DNA of 64,000 nt from Sulfurimonas sp. GWF2_37_8 (GTDB taxonomy: Bacteria > Campylobacterota > Campylobacteria > Campylobacterales > Sulfurimonadaceae): NCBI GenBank assembly GCA_001829625.1, contig MIBW01000008.1:65455-129454 (forward strand), given 5' to 3'. The notes under the pieces were generated by a model. It was not told the origin of the DNA. It saw nothing but the letters and a program-made list of their open reading frames with translations, and made no database searches. Positions 10,472 through 20,937 of the stretch are shown here, piece by piece. Made by a program: the position numbers and the translations under genes. Within the stretch, counting starts at the first letter, position 1. Each line of letters opens with the position of its first letter.

Positions 10472-10994
10472 AAATCTAATCTCAAACATAAACGATATGC
10501 ACAATACATTGCAGATAAAAGCTTTGCAAAGTGTAAGCGTAAATCTAACCATCAGAAATTATCTCATCGGTCATTATATAGTTGAGTATGAACAAAATGG
10601 GAACGATAGAGCCAAATATGGTGCAAAAGTTCTTGAGAGTATGGCTGATAATTTGAAACATATCAAAGGATTGTCAACAACAAACCTAAGACTTTTTAGA
10701 CAGTTTTATAGTATGTACCCTCAAATTCATCAGTCACTGACTGATGAATCGAAGATAAACCTAAAAATACAAACAAATAAGCTTTTAACTCATCTTACTT
10801 TTACTCACTTTGTAGAACTTATAAAAATAGATGACAAAACAAAACGACTCTGTTACGAAGTAGAAACCATCAAAGGTAACTGGAGTGTACGGGAACTCAA
10901 GCGACAAATAGAAATACTGCTTTATGAGCGAATAGGTTTGTCAAAAGATAAAAACGCTTTACTAAAAAGTTTAAATTGTGAGAAGAAGATATGA
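10461..10994 (+). CDS. DUF1016/YhcG N-terminal-domain-only protein
   Basis: IGHYIVEYEQNG..RAKYG and WSVRELKRQI motifs; ends before the nuclease domain. Confidence 0.75.
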   Translation: MTFKNLISNINDMHNTLQIKALQSVSVNLTIRNYLIGHYIVEYEQNGNDRAKYGAKVLESMADNLKHIKGLSTTNLRLFRQFYSMYPQIHQSLTDESKINLKIQTNKLLTHLTFTHFVELIKIDDKTKRLCYEVETIKGNWSVRELKRQIEILLYERIGLSKDKNALLKSLNCEKKI

Positions 10995-11989
10995 TAAATA
11001 CAATACAAAACCAGACTTTCAACAAAATTTTACAAACCATACAAGATACAAGACAAAAAGCATTAAAGCAAGTTAATAGCGTACTTATGGAACTTTATTG
11101 GGATATTGGAAAATATATATCTACTAAAACTATTAAAGAAAATTGGGGGAAGGGTGTCGTTCATGAGTTGGCTATTTTTATAAAGACACAAGACCCTAGT
11201 ATTAAAGGATTTAGCGATAAAAACTTATGGAGAATGAAACAGTTTTATGAAACTTATCAAAATAATGAAAAACTCTCGGCACTGCTGAGAGAATTATCTT
11301 GGACAAATAACTTACTTATATTGTCTAGTTCAAAATCAGATGAAGAGAGAGAATTTTATTTATTACTTGCTGTAAAAAGTAGATACTCTTCAAGAGAGCT
11401 TGAAAGACAAATAAAAAGTGGTATATTTAAGCGAACAATGCTTGGAAATGAAAAGTTATCATCGGTTGTTAAGGGATTGCCACAAGATACTACAAATATA
11501 TTTAGAGATAGCTACGCATTGGAGTTTTTAGATTTGCCATCCCCGCATAAAGAAAATGATTTGCAAAAAGCACTTATTGGTTCGTTAAAAGATTTTATTT
11601 TAGAGCTAGGTGTTGGGTTTGCTTTTATAGGAGAAGAGCACCGTTTACAGGTTGGTAACGAGGACTTTTATGTTGATTTACTTTTTTATCATAGACATTT
11701 AAACTGTTTGGTCGCATTTGAATTAAAAGTAGGTAAATTTAAACCAAGCCATCTTGGACAATTGGAGTTTTACCTTGAAGCATTAGATAGAGATGTAAAA
11801 ACAAAAGAAGAAAATCCGAGTATTGGGGTACTCCTTTGTAGAGAAAAAAATGATGAAGTTGTAGAGTACGCCTTAAGTAGAAGTCTCAGTCCAACAGTAG
11901 TAGCTGAATACGAAACGAAACTTATTCCTAAAAAAATATTGCAACAAAAACTCAATGAACTTTATGAACGGTTTGAAAAAAATGACTAA
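10991..11989 (+). CDS. YhcG/DUF1016 PD-(D/E)XK nuclease family protein
   Basis: YWDIG, FILELGVGFAF, DLLFYH...ELKVG...GQLEFY. Confidence 0.9.
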   Translation: MINTIQNQTFNKILQTIQDTRQKALKQVNSVLMELYWDIGKYISTKTIKENWGKGVVHELAIFIKTQDPSIKGFSDKNLWRMKQFYETYQNNEKLSALLRELSWTNNLLILSSSKSDEEREFYLLLAVKSRYSSRELERQIKSGIFKRTMLGNEKLSSVVKGLPQDTTNIFRDSYALEFLDLPSPHKENDLQKALIGSLKDFILELGVGFAFIGEEHRLQVGNEDFYVDLLFYHRHLNCLVAFELKVGKFKPSHLGQLEFYLEALDRDVKTKEENPSIGVLLCREKNDEVVEYALSRSLSPTVVAEYETKLIPKKILQQKLNELYERFEKND

Positions 11990-14735
11990 ATCAATGTTCA
12001 TAAACAACCTAGCCTACGAGGCAAGTGCTGGCAGCGGAAAAACTTTTATGCTTGTTGTGCGTTATTTGAGCCTGCTTTTTAAGGGCGCTGATGCTAGTAA
12101 AATCTTGGCACTTACCTTTACAAACAAAGCGGCTCATGAGATGCAGGAGCGGGTTGTTTTAACGCTTGAAAAGTTGGAGAGTCGTGGGGAACTTGCTGAG
12201 ATTGCAAATGTAACGGGACTAAGCCAAGAAGAGTTGCTTCTCAACCGTAAAAGAATTCTGGATGAGTTTTTAAACTCTAACACGAAGATTATGACCATAG
12301 ACAAATTTTTTACGCAGATTTTGCGTAAGTTCTCACTCTATGCTTCTTTAATGCCTGATTTTACGACCATGAACTCTCAACATGAACTCAAACTACTCTC
12401 GCGTTTTCTAAAAGAGGTGAGCGTTGCAGGGAAAAAAGAGACACTTATTGAGCTTTCTTTAGAATCTAAAAAAAGACTTGAGAGTATTTTTACCCTTTTG
12501 GATGAGTTTTACATTAAACAAAAAGAACTCTCTCACCTAAGGTTTACAAAAGAAAAACCATACAAATATGAAAAACTAGCAATGGAGAGTTTTGCAGAGC
12601 TTCAAAAACTAGTACGCTTATGCGAGAGCGCTTCTTCAACGGCGTTAAACGCAGTAGATGCAGAAAATTTTGAAGAGTTGCGTTTAAAGAGCTGGATTGG
12701 GAGAGAAACGCTTGAATACAGAACCTTTTCTAAGTGTTTTAGACCAGAGATGGACAAATATCTTTTGGAGATAAACGCAGCAGTGTTTGGGTATAACAGA
12801 GCTAAAGAGCAGAATTTTTTTCATGCGCTCAGTGAACTTGGAGATATTTACGTAAAAGCCAAAAAAGCACTTTATACGGACGATAGTGAGCTAAGTTTTA
12901 GCGATGTCAGTGTTTTGGTCTATTATTTACTTCAAGAGAGAGTTGAGAGTGAATTTTTGTACTTCAGACTTGATGCGCAGATTGAGCACATATTACTCGA
13001 TGAATTTCAGGATACGAGTATTTTACAGTATGCAATTCTCAAACCGCTTATCGATGAAATTCTCTCAGGTGGTGGCGTTTTTGAAAATGGCAGCTTCTTT
13101 TTTGTAGGGGATGTGAAGCAGTCTATTTACAGATTTCGTGGCGGAGTAAGCGCACTTTTTGGACAGGTTCAAGAGATGCATGAAACAAAACTTGAAGCAC
13201 TTTTAACAAATTACCGCTCGCAAAAAGAGGTGGTGGAATTTGTAAACGCAGTCTTTGCACAGAAAATAAAAAACTATGCAGCGCAAAACGTAAAAGCAGG
13301 AGCAAATGGCGGTTATGTTGAAGTTCTTGAGTGCGAAACTCCCCAGCAAGAAGTGCTTGAACAGGTGAAAAAACTCATAACTTTGGGCGCAGATGTAAAT
13401 GAAATAGCGATTTTGTGCGCAACCAACGGAGATGGTGAAGTTATGAAACAGATGCTTCAAGACGAGCATATTGAAGTGGTGACGGAGACGACTACCAAAC
13501 TCATCAACCAAAAGAGTGTCAAGGCTGTTTTAGAGTATTTGAAGTATCTTTATTTTGGCGAAGATATTTACAAATATAACTTCTTTTCTCTTATAGAAAA
13601 AGAACCAGAATCCATAAGTAGAGTTGATTTCAACAAGGTCAAACTTCTGGATATCGTAAAAAATGTGATCGAAAAATATGCACTTTTTGATGGAGATTTT
13701 CACCTAATACGTTTTTTGGATTTGCTACGTAACTACAGTTCTATCGAAGCACTTTTGTTTGAATATGAACGCATTGATGCAAGTGCTGCTGCTTCGGATG
13801 TGCGTGGTGTACGTGTACTCACTATCCATAAATCCAAAGGTTTGGAATATGAACATGTCATTGTGATGGATAGACTTAAAAAAGCGCCGCCCTCAAGAGA
13901 TGCCATCATCTATGAGTATGAAGGTATCCACCTGCAAAATGTTTATCTGCGCATGAGCGGACGTGAATCTTTGGATACAGAGTATGCAAATGCGATTTTC
14001 AAAGAAAAAATACTAGAAACAGAAGATTCCTTTAATGCGCTTTATGTCGCGTTTACAAGGGCAAAAGAGAACCTTTTTATTGTTATAAAACTTAAAGATT
14101 CGATGTTTGATATTTTGGATTTAGAACTCTCTTCACATGGGACACTTGTGTGTAAAAAACAAGATATTCAAACGCAAGATACTTTTGAAAAGCTTCAATA
14201 CAAAGCACTCTATTATGGTACGCAAAGCGATATACTTGAGCAAGCAAGTGAACAAGAAGAAGACCTCGCCGCTATCAATTTTGGGCTTGCGTTACATTAT
14301 ATGCTTGAGATGTTGCCTACGTTTTCTAATGAACACATAGAAGATGCAAAAGATGCTCTTATCAATAAATATGGCTATATACTGAGTGAAGATGAGATCC
14401 AAGATATCATTCAAAGAGTGAAAAATCTGCTTCAAGATAAAATATTTGTGGAACTATTATCAGAAAAATTTTACCGCGAAAAAGCCATCAAATATAAAAA
14501 TAATCTTCGTTATATCGATCTACTTATAAAAGATGAAACGCAGTCACAGACTTCTTTGTTTGAGAGTCGGACAAAATGGAAAATAGTTGATTATAAAAGT
14601 TCCATGAATTACGCTAAAGAGCATAGTAAACAGGTTCGTTATTATATAAACGCAGTCAAAGAAATCACAGGTGATGAGGTGGAGGGATATCTTTGTTATT
14701 TGCTCAAAGATGAGATTAAAATTCTCAAAGTTTAA
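11982..14735 (+). CDS. addA: AddA/RecB-like helicase-nuclease
   Basis: ASAGSGKT, LTFTNKAA, LDEFQDT, GDVKQSIYRFRG, TIHKSKGLE, YVAFTRA, C-terminal IDL...DYK. Confidence 0.9.
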   Translation: MTKSMFINNLAYEASAGSGKTFMLVVRYLSLLFKGADASKILALTFTNKAAHEMQERVVLTLEKLESRGELAEIANVTGLSQEELLLNRKRILDEFLNSNTKIMTIDKFFTQILRKFSLYASLMPDFTTMNSQHELKLLSRFLKEVSVAGKKETLIELSLESKKRLESIFTLLDEFYIKQKELSHLRFTKEKPYKYEKLAMESFAELQKLVRLCESASSTALNAVDAENFEELRLKSWIGRETLEYRTFSKCFRPEMDKYLLEINAAVFGYNRAKEQNFFHALSELGDIYVKAKKALYTDDSELSFSDVSVLVYYLLQERVESEFLYFRLDAQIEHILLDEFQDTSILQYAILKPLIDEILSGGGVFENGSFFFVGDVKQSIYRFRGGVSALFGQVQEMHETKLEALLTNYRSQKEVVEFVNAVFAQKIKNYAAQNVKAGANGGYVEVLECETPQQEVLEQVKKLITLGADVNEIAILCATNGDGEVMKQMLQDEHIEVVTETTTKLINQKSVKAVLEYLKYLYFGEDIYKYNFFSLIEKEPESISRVDFNKVKLLDIVKNVIEKYALFDGDFHLIRFLDLLRNYSSIEALLFEYERIDASAAASDVRGVRVLTIHKSKGLEYEHVIVMDRLKKAPPSRDAIIYEYEGIHLQNVYLRMSGRESLDTEYANAIFKEKILETEDSFNALYVAFTRAKENLFIVIKLKDSMFDILDLELSSHGTLVCKKQDIQTQDTFEKLQYKALYYGTQSDILEQASEQEEDLAAINFGLALHYMLEMLPTFSNEHIEDAKDALINKYGYILSEDEIQDIIQRVKNLLQDKIFVELLSEKFYREKAIKYKNNLRYIDLLIKDETQSQTSLFESRTKWKIVDYKSSMNYAKEHSKQVRYYINAVKEITGDEVEGYLCYLLKDEIKILKV

Positions 14736-14826
14736 TCTCCTTAAACTACTAGAAGATAATTATTATCCTTTAAGAAGAGTTAGCATAGAATGTTTCTGTT
14801 ATACTTAATGACAAAAGGTTCTCTTT

Positions 14827-15235
14827 ATGAAAATTTTATTTTTATTTTTATGGGCATACAGTTTTGCTCTTAGTGCTACTTTTACTGAGGCGATAGTTGC
14901 ACTCAAAGAGAACAATCTTTTACATATGCAACAAATCATCATAACTCCAAAAGATGCCAATCTAGCGGCTGAGAATAAAAAAAGTATCTTGATGTACAGC
15001 GTATGGGTGGGAAATAATCCTGCTGTGAGTATGCTTGTAGCAAGGGGGGCGGATATAAACGCGCAGGATATTGATGGGAAAACGGCACTTATGCTTGCAC
15101 TGTATGCCCAGCGACAGGAGATAGCGGTATTTCTCAGGTGCAGATCTTGCTCTCGTTTCAAATGATAAACAAAATGCACTATCTATGATGGGCGCACAAG
15201 ATAAAAAAGAGCTGTTGCAAATGCTGCAACAGTAG
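14827..15235 (+). pseudogene. Secreted ankyrin-repeat protein with frameshift near 15136
   Basis: GADINAQDIDGKTALMLA repeat; the ankyrin-like sequence continues in the +1 frame (GADLALVSNDKQNAL...) to TAG at 15233-15235. Confidence 0.7.
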
Positions 15236-15372
15236 TCTTTCAAACTGCTTTGAATCAAACCTTAAATAAACCAAAAATTAAGCTATATTAAAGTTTATAT
15301 GGCTATACTTTCGCCACTCAAATAAGCATTATAAAAATGTTTTGATAAAAAATTTACTTGAAGGGTTCAAGA

Positions 15373-15795
15373 ATGAAATTTACTAAAATTGCAACTTCTG
15401 AACAAATCGATCAAAAATGGGTTTTGATTGATGCTGAGGGAAAAACATTTGGTCGTATCATTACAGAAGTAGCTACTTTACTTCGTGGTAAGAACAAAAC
15501 TTGTTATACTCCAAACATTGACTGTGGTGATTACGTTGTAATCGTTAACGCTTCTAAAGCAAAACTTAACGGTCTTGGTAAAATTGCTAACAAAGAGTAT
15601 TTCTCATATTCAGGATACTTTGGTAGTACAAAAAGTGTTAAAATGACTGAACTTTTAGCGAAAAATCCAGAGAAACTATTTAGATTAGCTACTCGTGGTA
15701 TGCTTCCTAAAACTAAGCTTGGCGCTAAAATGATTAAAAAATTAAAAATTTATGCAGGTGCTGAGCATCCTCACACTGCACAACTTGCTAAGTAA
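15373..15795 (+). CDS. rplM: 50S ribosomal protein L13
   Basis: KWVLIDAEGK, LRGK, DCGDYVV, GMLPK, HPHTAQ. Confidence 0.98.
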   Translation: MKFTKIATSEQIDQKWVLIDAEGKTFGRIITEVATLLRGKNKTCYTPNIDCGDYVVIVNASKAKLNGLGKIANKEYFSYSGYFGSTKSVKMTELLAKNPEKLFRLATRGMLPKTKLGAKMIKKLKIYAGAEHPHTAQLAK

Positions 15796-15805
15796 GGATT
15801 GATTT

Positions 15806-16195
15806 ATGGCAAAAATATATGCAACAGGTCGTCGTAAAGCGTCAATAGCAAAAGTATGGTTAACTCCAGGAACAGGTACAATGTCAATCAACGGTCTTTC
15901 ACTAGACGCATGGTTGGGTGGTCTTGAAGCTAAAAAGCTTCGTGTTAAACAACCACTTGTATTAACTAAACAAGATACTTCAGTTGATATCGTAGCTACT
16001 ACTTTAGGTGGTGGTTTCGGTGGTCAAGCTGATGCACTTCGTCATGGTATTTCTCGTGCTTTAGTAAAATTTAACCCAGAGTTAAAAGCTATACTTAAGC
16101 CAGAAGGTATGATGACTCGTGATTCACGTACAGTTGAACGTAAGAAGCCAGGTAAGCGCAAAGCTCGTCGTTCTCGCCAATTCTCTAAACGTTAA
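15806..16195 (+). CDS. rpsI: 30S ribosomal protein S9
   Basis: ATGRRK, GGG.GGQA, ERKKPG...QFSKR. Confidence 0.98.
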   Translation: MAKIYATGRRKASIAKVWLTPGTGTMSINGLSLDAWLGGLEAKKLRVKQPLVLTKQDTSVDIVATTLGGGFGGQADALRHGISRALVKFNPELKAILKPEGMMTRDSRTVERKKPGKRKARRSRQFSKR

Positions 16196-16207
16196 TCATT
16201 TTCTTTC

Positions 16208-16250
16208 TTGCCACTCCTCTTTTGGGGCTTGGCAAACTCTTCTATTTTAT
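16208..16250 (+). terminator. Possible intrinsic terminator after rpsI
   Basis: Imperfect hairpin TTGCCA...TGGCAA followed by a T-rich tail. Confidence 0.4.
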
Positions 16251-16326
16251 AACTTCAAAAACAAAATAATCCAACCTTAAATCTTATTGATATATAATCC
16301 CGTTTATAAATAAAAAAGGTCTTTAT

Positions 16327-17703
16327 ATGAAAAAAATTCTCGTTCTTCTCTTCGTTCTTGTTCTGCTTGCTGCAGCACTTCCAATCGTCGGAAATAAGCT
16401 TGTTTCGAGTGTTTTGGATGAAAAAATAGAACTCCTTCACGACAATGGGATAGATGTTAAGGACACTATAGTAGAAAGTTCGTATCTTCACACTAAAATA
16501 CATTATGAGTTTTTACTTCAAGAGAGTGAGAAGTTTTTCGCTTATCTCAATCAATCTTCTCATGGTGAAATCCCTTCTTATATACAGGATGCAATTGATG
16601 GCGTTTTGCTTGGCGTTGATGTTTCTTATAGCAATGTGCCATTTATGAACAATATCGTAGTAGATATATATCCTATAAAACTCTCTTCAAATACAATGGA
16701 TACACTTCAAGAGAGCGATAAAAATTTTTATAATTTTGTGAACACTTTTTTATCAAAAAAAGGAATTTTATACAATTTACAATACGACATGATAAGCGAA
16801 GGTTTTAGTGGTTATCTCAAAGATATCAACGAATCATACGTGGATAATGATGGTACAAATCTTAAGTTTTCTCTTGTTGGAATGAGCTATCAAGGAAGCG
16901 GAAATCTTATCGCACCAAATATTTTAAGTTCACAATTGCAAACTATCTCTATCGAAGCTATAAAAGATACTTTTGAGATGAAGTTCAATCTTTTGGATTT
17001 ACATACAGAATCAGAGTTTGCGTCTAAAAGTAAATATGCAAACGCAGTGACACTGGGTAGTTTTGATTTGAGTATGAGTGGAGATGATAATGTTTCTATG
17101 AATGCAAAAAATGTTCAAGTTAGTATGTCCGCAGATACTCAAGATGCTTTTGCGCAGATATATGCAAAGAGCTCATTTGAGCAGATGCAAGTAGATGCAA
17201 ATGCACTTAAGGCTTCTATGGAAGGATTCAACTACGACATTTCGATAGTTGACCTTGATAAAGATGCTTTGGAAGAACTACAAGATATTTTGGGTGAAGC
17301 TAAAAATAGCCAATCAGAGATACTGGAGTTGAAAATGAAAGAGAGTTTTATCAAACTCCTCTCGCGCGGAGTGACACTCAATATCGATGATTTTTCGTTT
17401 AAAAAATTGGTATTAGACAAAACGCAAGATCTCAAAGGTATCTCAATCTCTTCAGAGATTACATTTAAGGAAGATCCGGCTTTGGCCAATAAACTTCTTT
17501 ACACTCCAGCACTTTTGGCGCAAAACCTTGATACGGATATCAAATTAAAAATTTCTAAAGAGATTTTTAATAAAATAAATGAGACAACACCTATAGCTGC
17601 GCTTGTGTTGCAGTATGCAAAAGAAGAAGCAAACAACCTTGTTTTTGAAATGATTATGCATGATGGTGAAGTCATGATCAACGGCAGAGATATCAAGAGA
17701 TAA
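16327..17703 (+). CDS. YdgA/DUF945-like protein
   Basis: N-terminal anchor, beta-rich body, C-terminal DGEVMING. Confidence 0.6.
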   Translation: MKKILVLLFVLVLLAAALPIVGNKLVSSVLDEKIELLHDNGIDVKDTIVESSYLHTKIHYEFLLQESEKFFAYLNQSSHGEIPSYIQDAIDGVLLGVDVSYSNVPFMNNIVVDIYPIKLSSNTMDTLQESDKNFYNFVNTFLSKKGILYNLQYDMISEGFSGYLKDINESYVDNDGTNLKFSLVGMSYQGSGNLIAPNILSSQLQTISIEAIKDTFEMKFNLLDLHTESEFASKSKYANAVTLGSFDLSMSGDDNVSMNAKNVQVSMSADTQDAFAQIYAKSSFEQMQVDANALKASMEGFNYDISIVDLDKDALEELQDILGEAKNSQSEILELKMKESFIKLLSRGVTLNIDDFSFKKLVLDKTQDLKGISISSEITFKEDPALANKLLYTPALLAQNLDTDIKLKISKEIFNKINETTPIAALVLQYAKEEANNLVFEMIMHDGEVMINGRDIKR

Positions 17704-19212
17704 ATGCGCACTCTTTTCCTTCTTTTTCTCTCTTGTAGCCTTTTTGCAGCGACGCTGCATCTGGCAACTGCATCCAATCCTTCACGTCTTAATCCAATCC
17801 TTGCTACAGATTCAAGCTCTTCTGAAATCGCAGGATTTTTATTTAACGGTTTAGTGAAGTATGACAAAGATGCTTCAACGATTGTAGGTGATTTGGCGCA
17901 GGATTTCTTTTTTAAAGACAACACTACACTTCTTTTCAAACTCCGTCCCAATGTCACTTGGCATGATGGTCAAGCTCTTACATCCAAAGATGTGGTATTT
18001 ACGTATGAAACACTTATTTCATCCAAAATTGTCTCTCCTTATAGTGCAAACTTTCGTTTTGTGCAGAGTGTAAAAGCAATTGATGATTTGACACTTGAAG
18101 TCAAATATACAAAACCCTATTTTAAGGCTTTAGAGACATGGATGATGGGTATTTTACCAGAGCATATTTTGAAAAATGACGCCAATATTATGAACTCTGC
18201 GTTTAACACAAAACCAATAGGAACTGGTCCATACAAACTCTATCAACTTGAACACTCAAAAAATATCATTCTGGAGGCAAATAAAGCCTATTTTGAGGGT
18301 GAACCAAAAATAAAACGCATAGCATTTCACGTTATAGCTGATCCAATGACCCGATTTTTGATGCTCAAATCTGCTGCACTTGATATCGGTTCTATCGAAC
18401 CAATGGAGTATGAGAGACAAATCAGCAAAGATTTTTTTAAGAGTTTTAGTGTTTATGAAGAGATAAGCCGTTCCTACACTTATCTCGGGTTTAACCTCAG
18501 ACGAGAAAAGTTTCAAAACCCAAAAGTGAGAGAAGCACTCTCGTTGGCAATTGATAGAGAACAACTAGTCAAGATACTTTTTTTTGATCATGCAAAGGTC
18601 TGCACGGGTCCATTTTTACCTTCGACAAAAGCTTTTAATGCAGATGTTAAAGCCCCAAAACGCGATATCAAAAAAGCCAAAGAACTCTTAAAAGAAGCGG
18701 GTTATGATGAAGTTAATCCATTTATTTTTGAGATAGCGACCTCCAATGCAAACTCTATCCGACCTTATGCGGCTGAAATATTGCAACATCAGCTCAAAGA
18801 CGCTGGAGTCATCGTCACTTTACGTGTGATGGAATGGCAGGCATTTTTAAACACAGTTGTATTTCCAAATGATTTTGATACCGTTCTGCTTGGCTGGGGA
18901 CTCTCACCCATGCCTGATCCATATATGTTCTGGCATACGCAAAGTGATAAAAAAGGTGGATTTAACCTTGTCGGATATAACAATCCTCGTATGGACAAAA
19001 TGATAGAAGATTCGCAAGAAATCATAGACAAAACGCAGCTTGATGCACTTTTTAGAGAAATGTTTCAGATTATTGTAGATGATAACCCGTATCTGTTTTT
19101 GTTTATACCAAACGCAATCACAGCAGTGGATACAAAGATACAAAACATAGAGTCAACTCCAAGTGGGATTTGGCACAATTATATTGATTGGGAAAAAGAG
19201 GAGATAGAGTGA
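17704..19212 (+). CDS. ABC transporter peptide/nickel-binding protein (SBP family 5)
   Basis: LFNGLVKYD, LRPNVTWHDG, PIGTGPY. Confidence 0.9.
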   Translation: MRTLFLLFLSCSLFAATLHLATASNPSRLNPILATDSSSSEIAGFLFNGLVKYDKDASTIVGDLAQDFFFKDNTTLLFKLRPNVTWHDGQALTSKDVVFTYETLISSKIVSPYSANFRFVQSVKAIDDLTLEVKYTKPYFKALETWMMGILPEHILKNDANIMNSAFNTKPIGTGPYKLYQLEHSKNIILEANKAYFEGEPKIKRIAFHVIADPMTRFLMLKSAALDIGSIEPMEYERQISKDFFKSFSVYEEISRSYTYLGFNLRREKFQNPKVREALSLAIDREQLVKILFFDHAKVCTGPFLPSTKAFNADVKAPKRDIKKAKELLKEAGYDEVNPFIFEIATSNANSIRPYAAEILQHQLKDAGVIVTLRVMEWQAFLNTVVFPNDFDTVLLGWGLSPMPDPYMFWHTQSDKKGGFNLVGYNNPRMDKMIEDSQEIIDKTQLDALFREMFQIIVDDNPYLFLFIPNAITAVDTKIQNIESTPSGIWHNYIDWEKEEIE

Positions 19213-19856
19213 TTATACTTTTTGATTTGGATGGAACATTAATAGACTCAACGGAGGCAATTTTAGAGAGTTTTCATCACACATTTGAGTCTCATGGATG
19301 CTCGCAAAGAGATACGAAAATGGTCAAATCTTTGATTGGATATCCGCTTGATATTATGTTCTATGAACTAGGTATAGAGCAGGAAAATGTTTGGGATTTT
19401 GTTGCTACATACAAAGAACATTATCGTTTGATTTCTACTCAAAAAACGATACTGCTTTCAAACGCAAGAGAAGCTATTGTTAAAGCAAGTGGATTTGCAG
19501 AATTAGGAATTGTGACGACAAAAACAGGTGAATATTCGCAAATACTTCTAGAACATTTTGGTCTTATGCAATATTTTAAAGTGCTTATCGGACGAGAAGA
19601 TGTAGAAAATCCAAAACCACATGAAGAGCCTATTTTAAAGGCTTTAGAAAGTTTTAACAGTGATGAAAAAGATATTTGGATGGTAGGCGATACAAAACTT
19701 GACTTACTTTGTGCGAGTAATGCACAGATAAAATCAATAGCAGTATTGAGTGGTTATGATACTTATAAAACACTAAAAAAGTTTACTAATGTTGTATTAA
19801 GTGATGCTCTTGAGGCTGTTGCGTATTTAGAGAAGAGGCATATATCACACAAATAA
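19209..19856 (+). CDS. HAD family hydrolase (phosphoglycolate phosphatase-like)
   Basis: FDLDGTLIDS, KPHEEP, MVGD; GTG start overlapping the upstream stop. Confidence 0.9.
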   Translation: MIILFDLDGTLIDSTEAILESFHHTFESHGCSQRDTKMVKSLIGYPLDIMFYELGIEQENVWDFVATYKEHYRLISTQKTILLSNAREAIVKASGFAELGIVTTKTGEYSQILLEHFGLMQYFKVLIGREDVENPKPHEEPILKALESFNSDEKDIWMVGDTKLDLLCASNAQIKSIAVLSGYDTYKTLKKFTNVVLSDALEAVAYLEKRHISHK

Positions 19857-19973
19857 CTTATATATACACTAAGGATAAATCCATCAAGCTATATTTAAGA
19901 GCAACTTGCCTAAAATACACTAAATTAGAAATAAGAGAAAACTTATAAATTTTCTTAAAAAAAAGGAGAATGA

Positions 19974-20531
19974 ATGCTAGAAATAAGATGGCATAGCCGC
20001 GCTGGACAAGGTGCAGTAACTGGTGCTAAAGGTTTGGCGGATGTTATTTCAACAACTGGTAAGCATGTACAGGCATTCGCATTTTACGGCTCTGCAAAGC
20101 GTGGAGCTGCGATGACGGCATACAATCGTGTAAACGATCAGATGATTATGAACCATGAAAAATATATGGAACCTGATTTTGTTTTCGTAATCGACCCCGC
20201 ATTGGTTTATACTTCTGATGTTACGATCAATCATAAAGAAAATACTGTTTATATTATCACAACACACATGAGTACACAAGAGCTTGTGGCATCTCAACCA
20301 AAGCTCGCAGACAAGAAAGTTTATACAGTTGACTGTATCAAAATTGCTCAAGAAACTATCGGTAAACCTATCCCAAATACACCTATGCTCGGAGCTTTTA
20401 TGAAAGTTTCAAAAATGTATGATATAGAATTTTTCAAAGAGAGTATGGTGAGAATTCTTGGAAAACTACCACAAAAAATCATTGATGCGAATATGATAGC
20501 AATTCAACGCGCATATGATGAAGTGAAATAA
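19974..20531 (+). CDS. porC: Pyruvate:ferredoxin/flavodoxin oxidoreductase gamma subunit
   Basis: EIRWHSRAGQGAVT, PNTPMLGA. Confidence 0.93.
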   Translation: MLEIRWHSRAGQGAVTGAKGLADVISTTGKHVQAFAFYGSAKRGAAMTAYNRVNDQMIMNHEKYMEPDFVFVIDPALVYTSDVTINHKENTVYIITTHMSTQELVASQPKLADKKVYTVDCIKIAQETIGKPIPNTPMLGAFMKVSKMYDIEFFKESMVRILGKLPQKIIDANMIAIQRAYDEVK

Positions 20532-20538
20532 GGAGAGA

Positions 20539-20937
20539 ATGATGGCAAAGAGAGGATGGGACGAATTTGAAATCGGAGCAATGCTTCGTTCATTTGATGG
20601 AGTGTCAAATGATATCGCGACTACACTGCAGGAAGACCGTAATTACTCACAAAGCAACTCTTTTGTTGCAAGCGTTGCAGATTGGAGAATAGCAAAACCT
20701 GTTTTTAATAAAGACTTCTGTATTGATTGTCAGTTTTGTTGGATTTACTGTCCAGATATGTCAATCATCGCTAGAGATAAAAAGATGATTGGTGTGGATA
20801 TGGATCACTGTAAAGGCTGTGGTATTTGTGTTGAAGTATGTCCTACAAACCCTAAATCACTTTTAATGTTCCCTGAACAAGCAGATGAAGAAGCAGAGCT
20901 TTCACAATGGCCTGCAAAAGACAAGGAGACAAAATAA
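20539..20937 (+). CDS. porD: POR delta subunit (2x[4Fe-4S])
   Basis: CIDCQFCWIYCP and CKGCGICVEVCP. Confidence 0.93.
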   Translation: MMAKRGWDEFEIGAMLRSFDGVSNDIATTLQEDRNYSQSNSFVASVADWRIAKPVFNKDFCIDCQFCWIYCPDMSIIARDKKMIGVDMDHCKGCGICVEVCPTNPKSLLMFPEQADEEAELSQWPAKDKETK

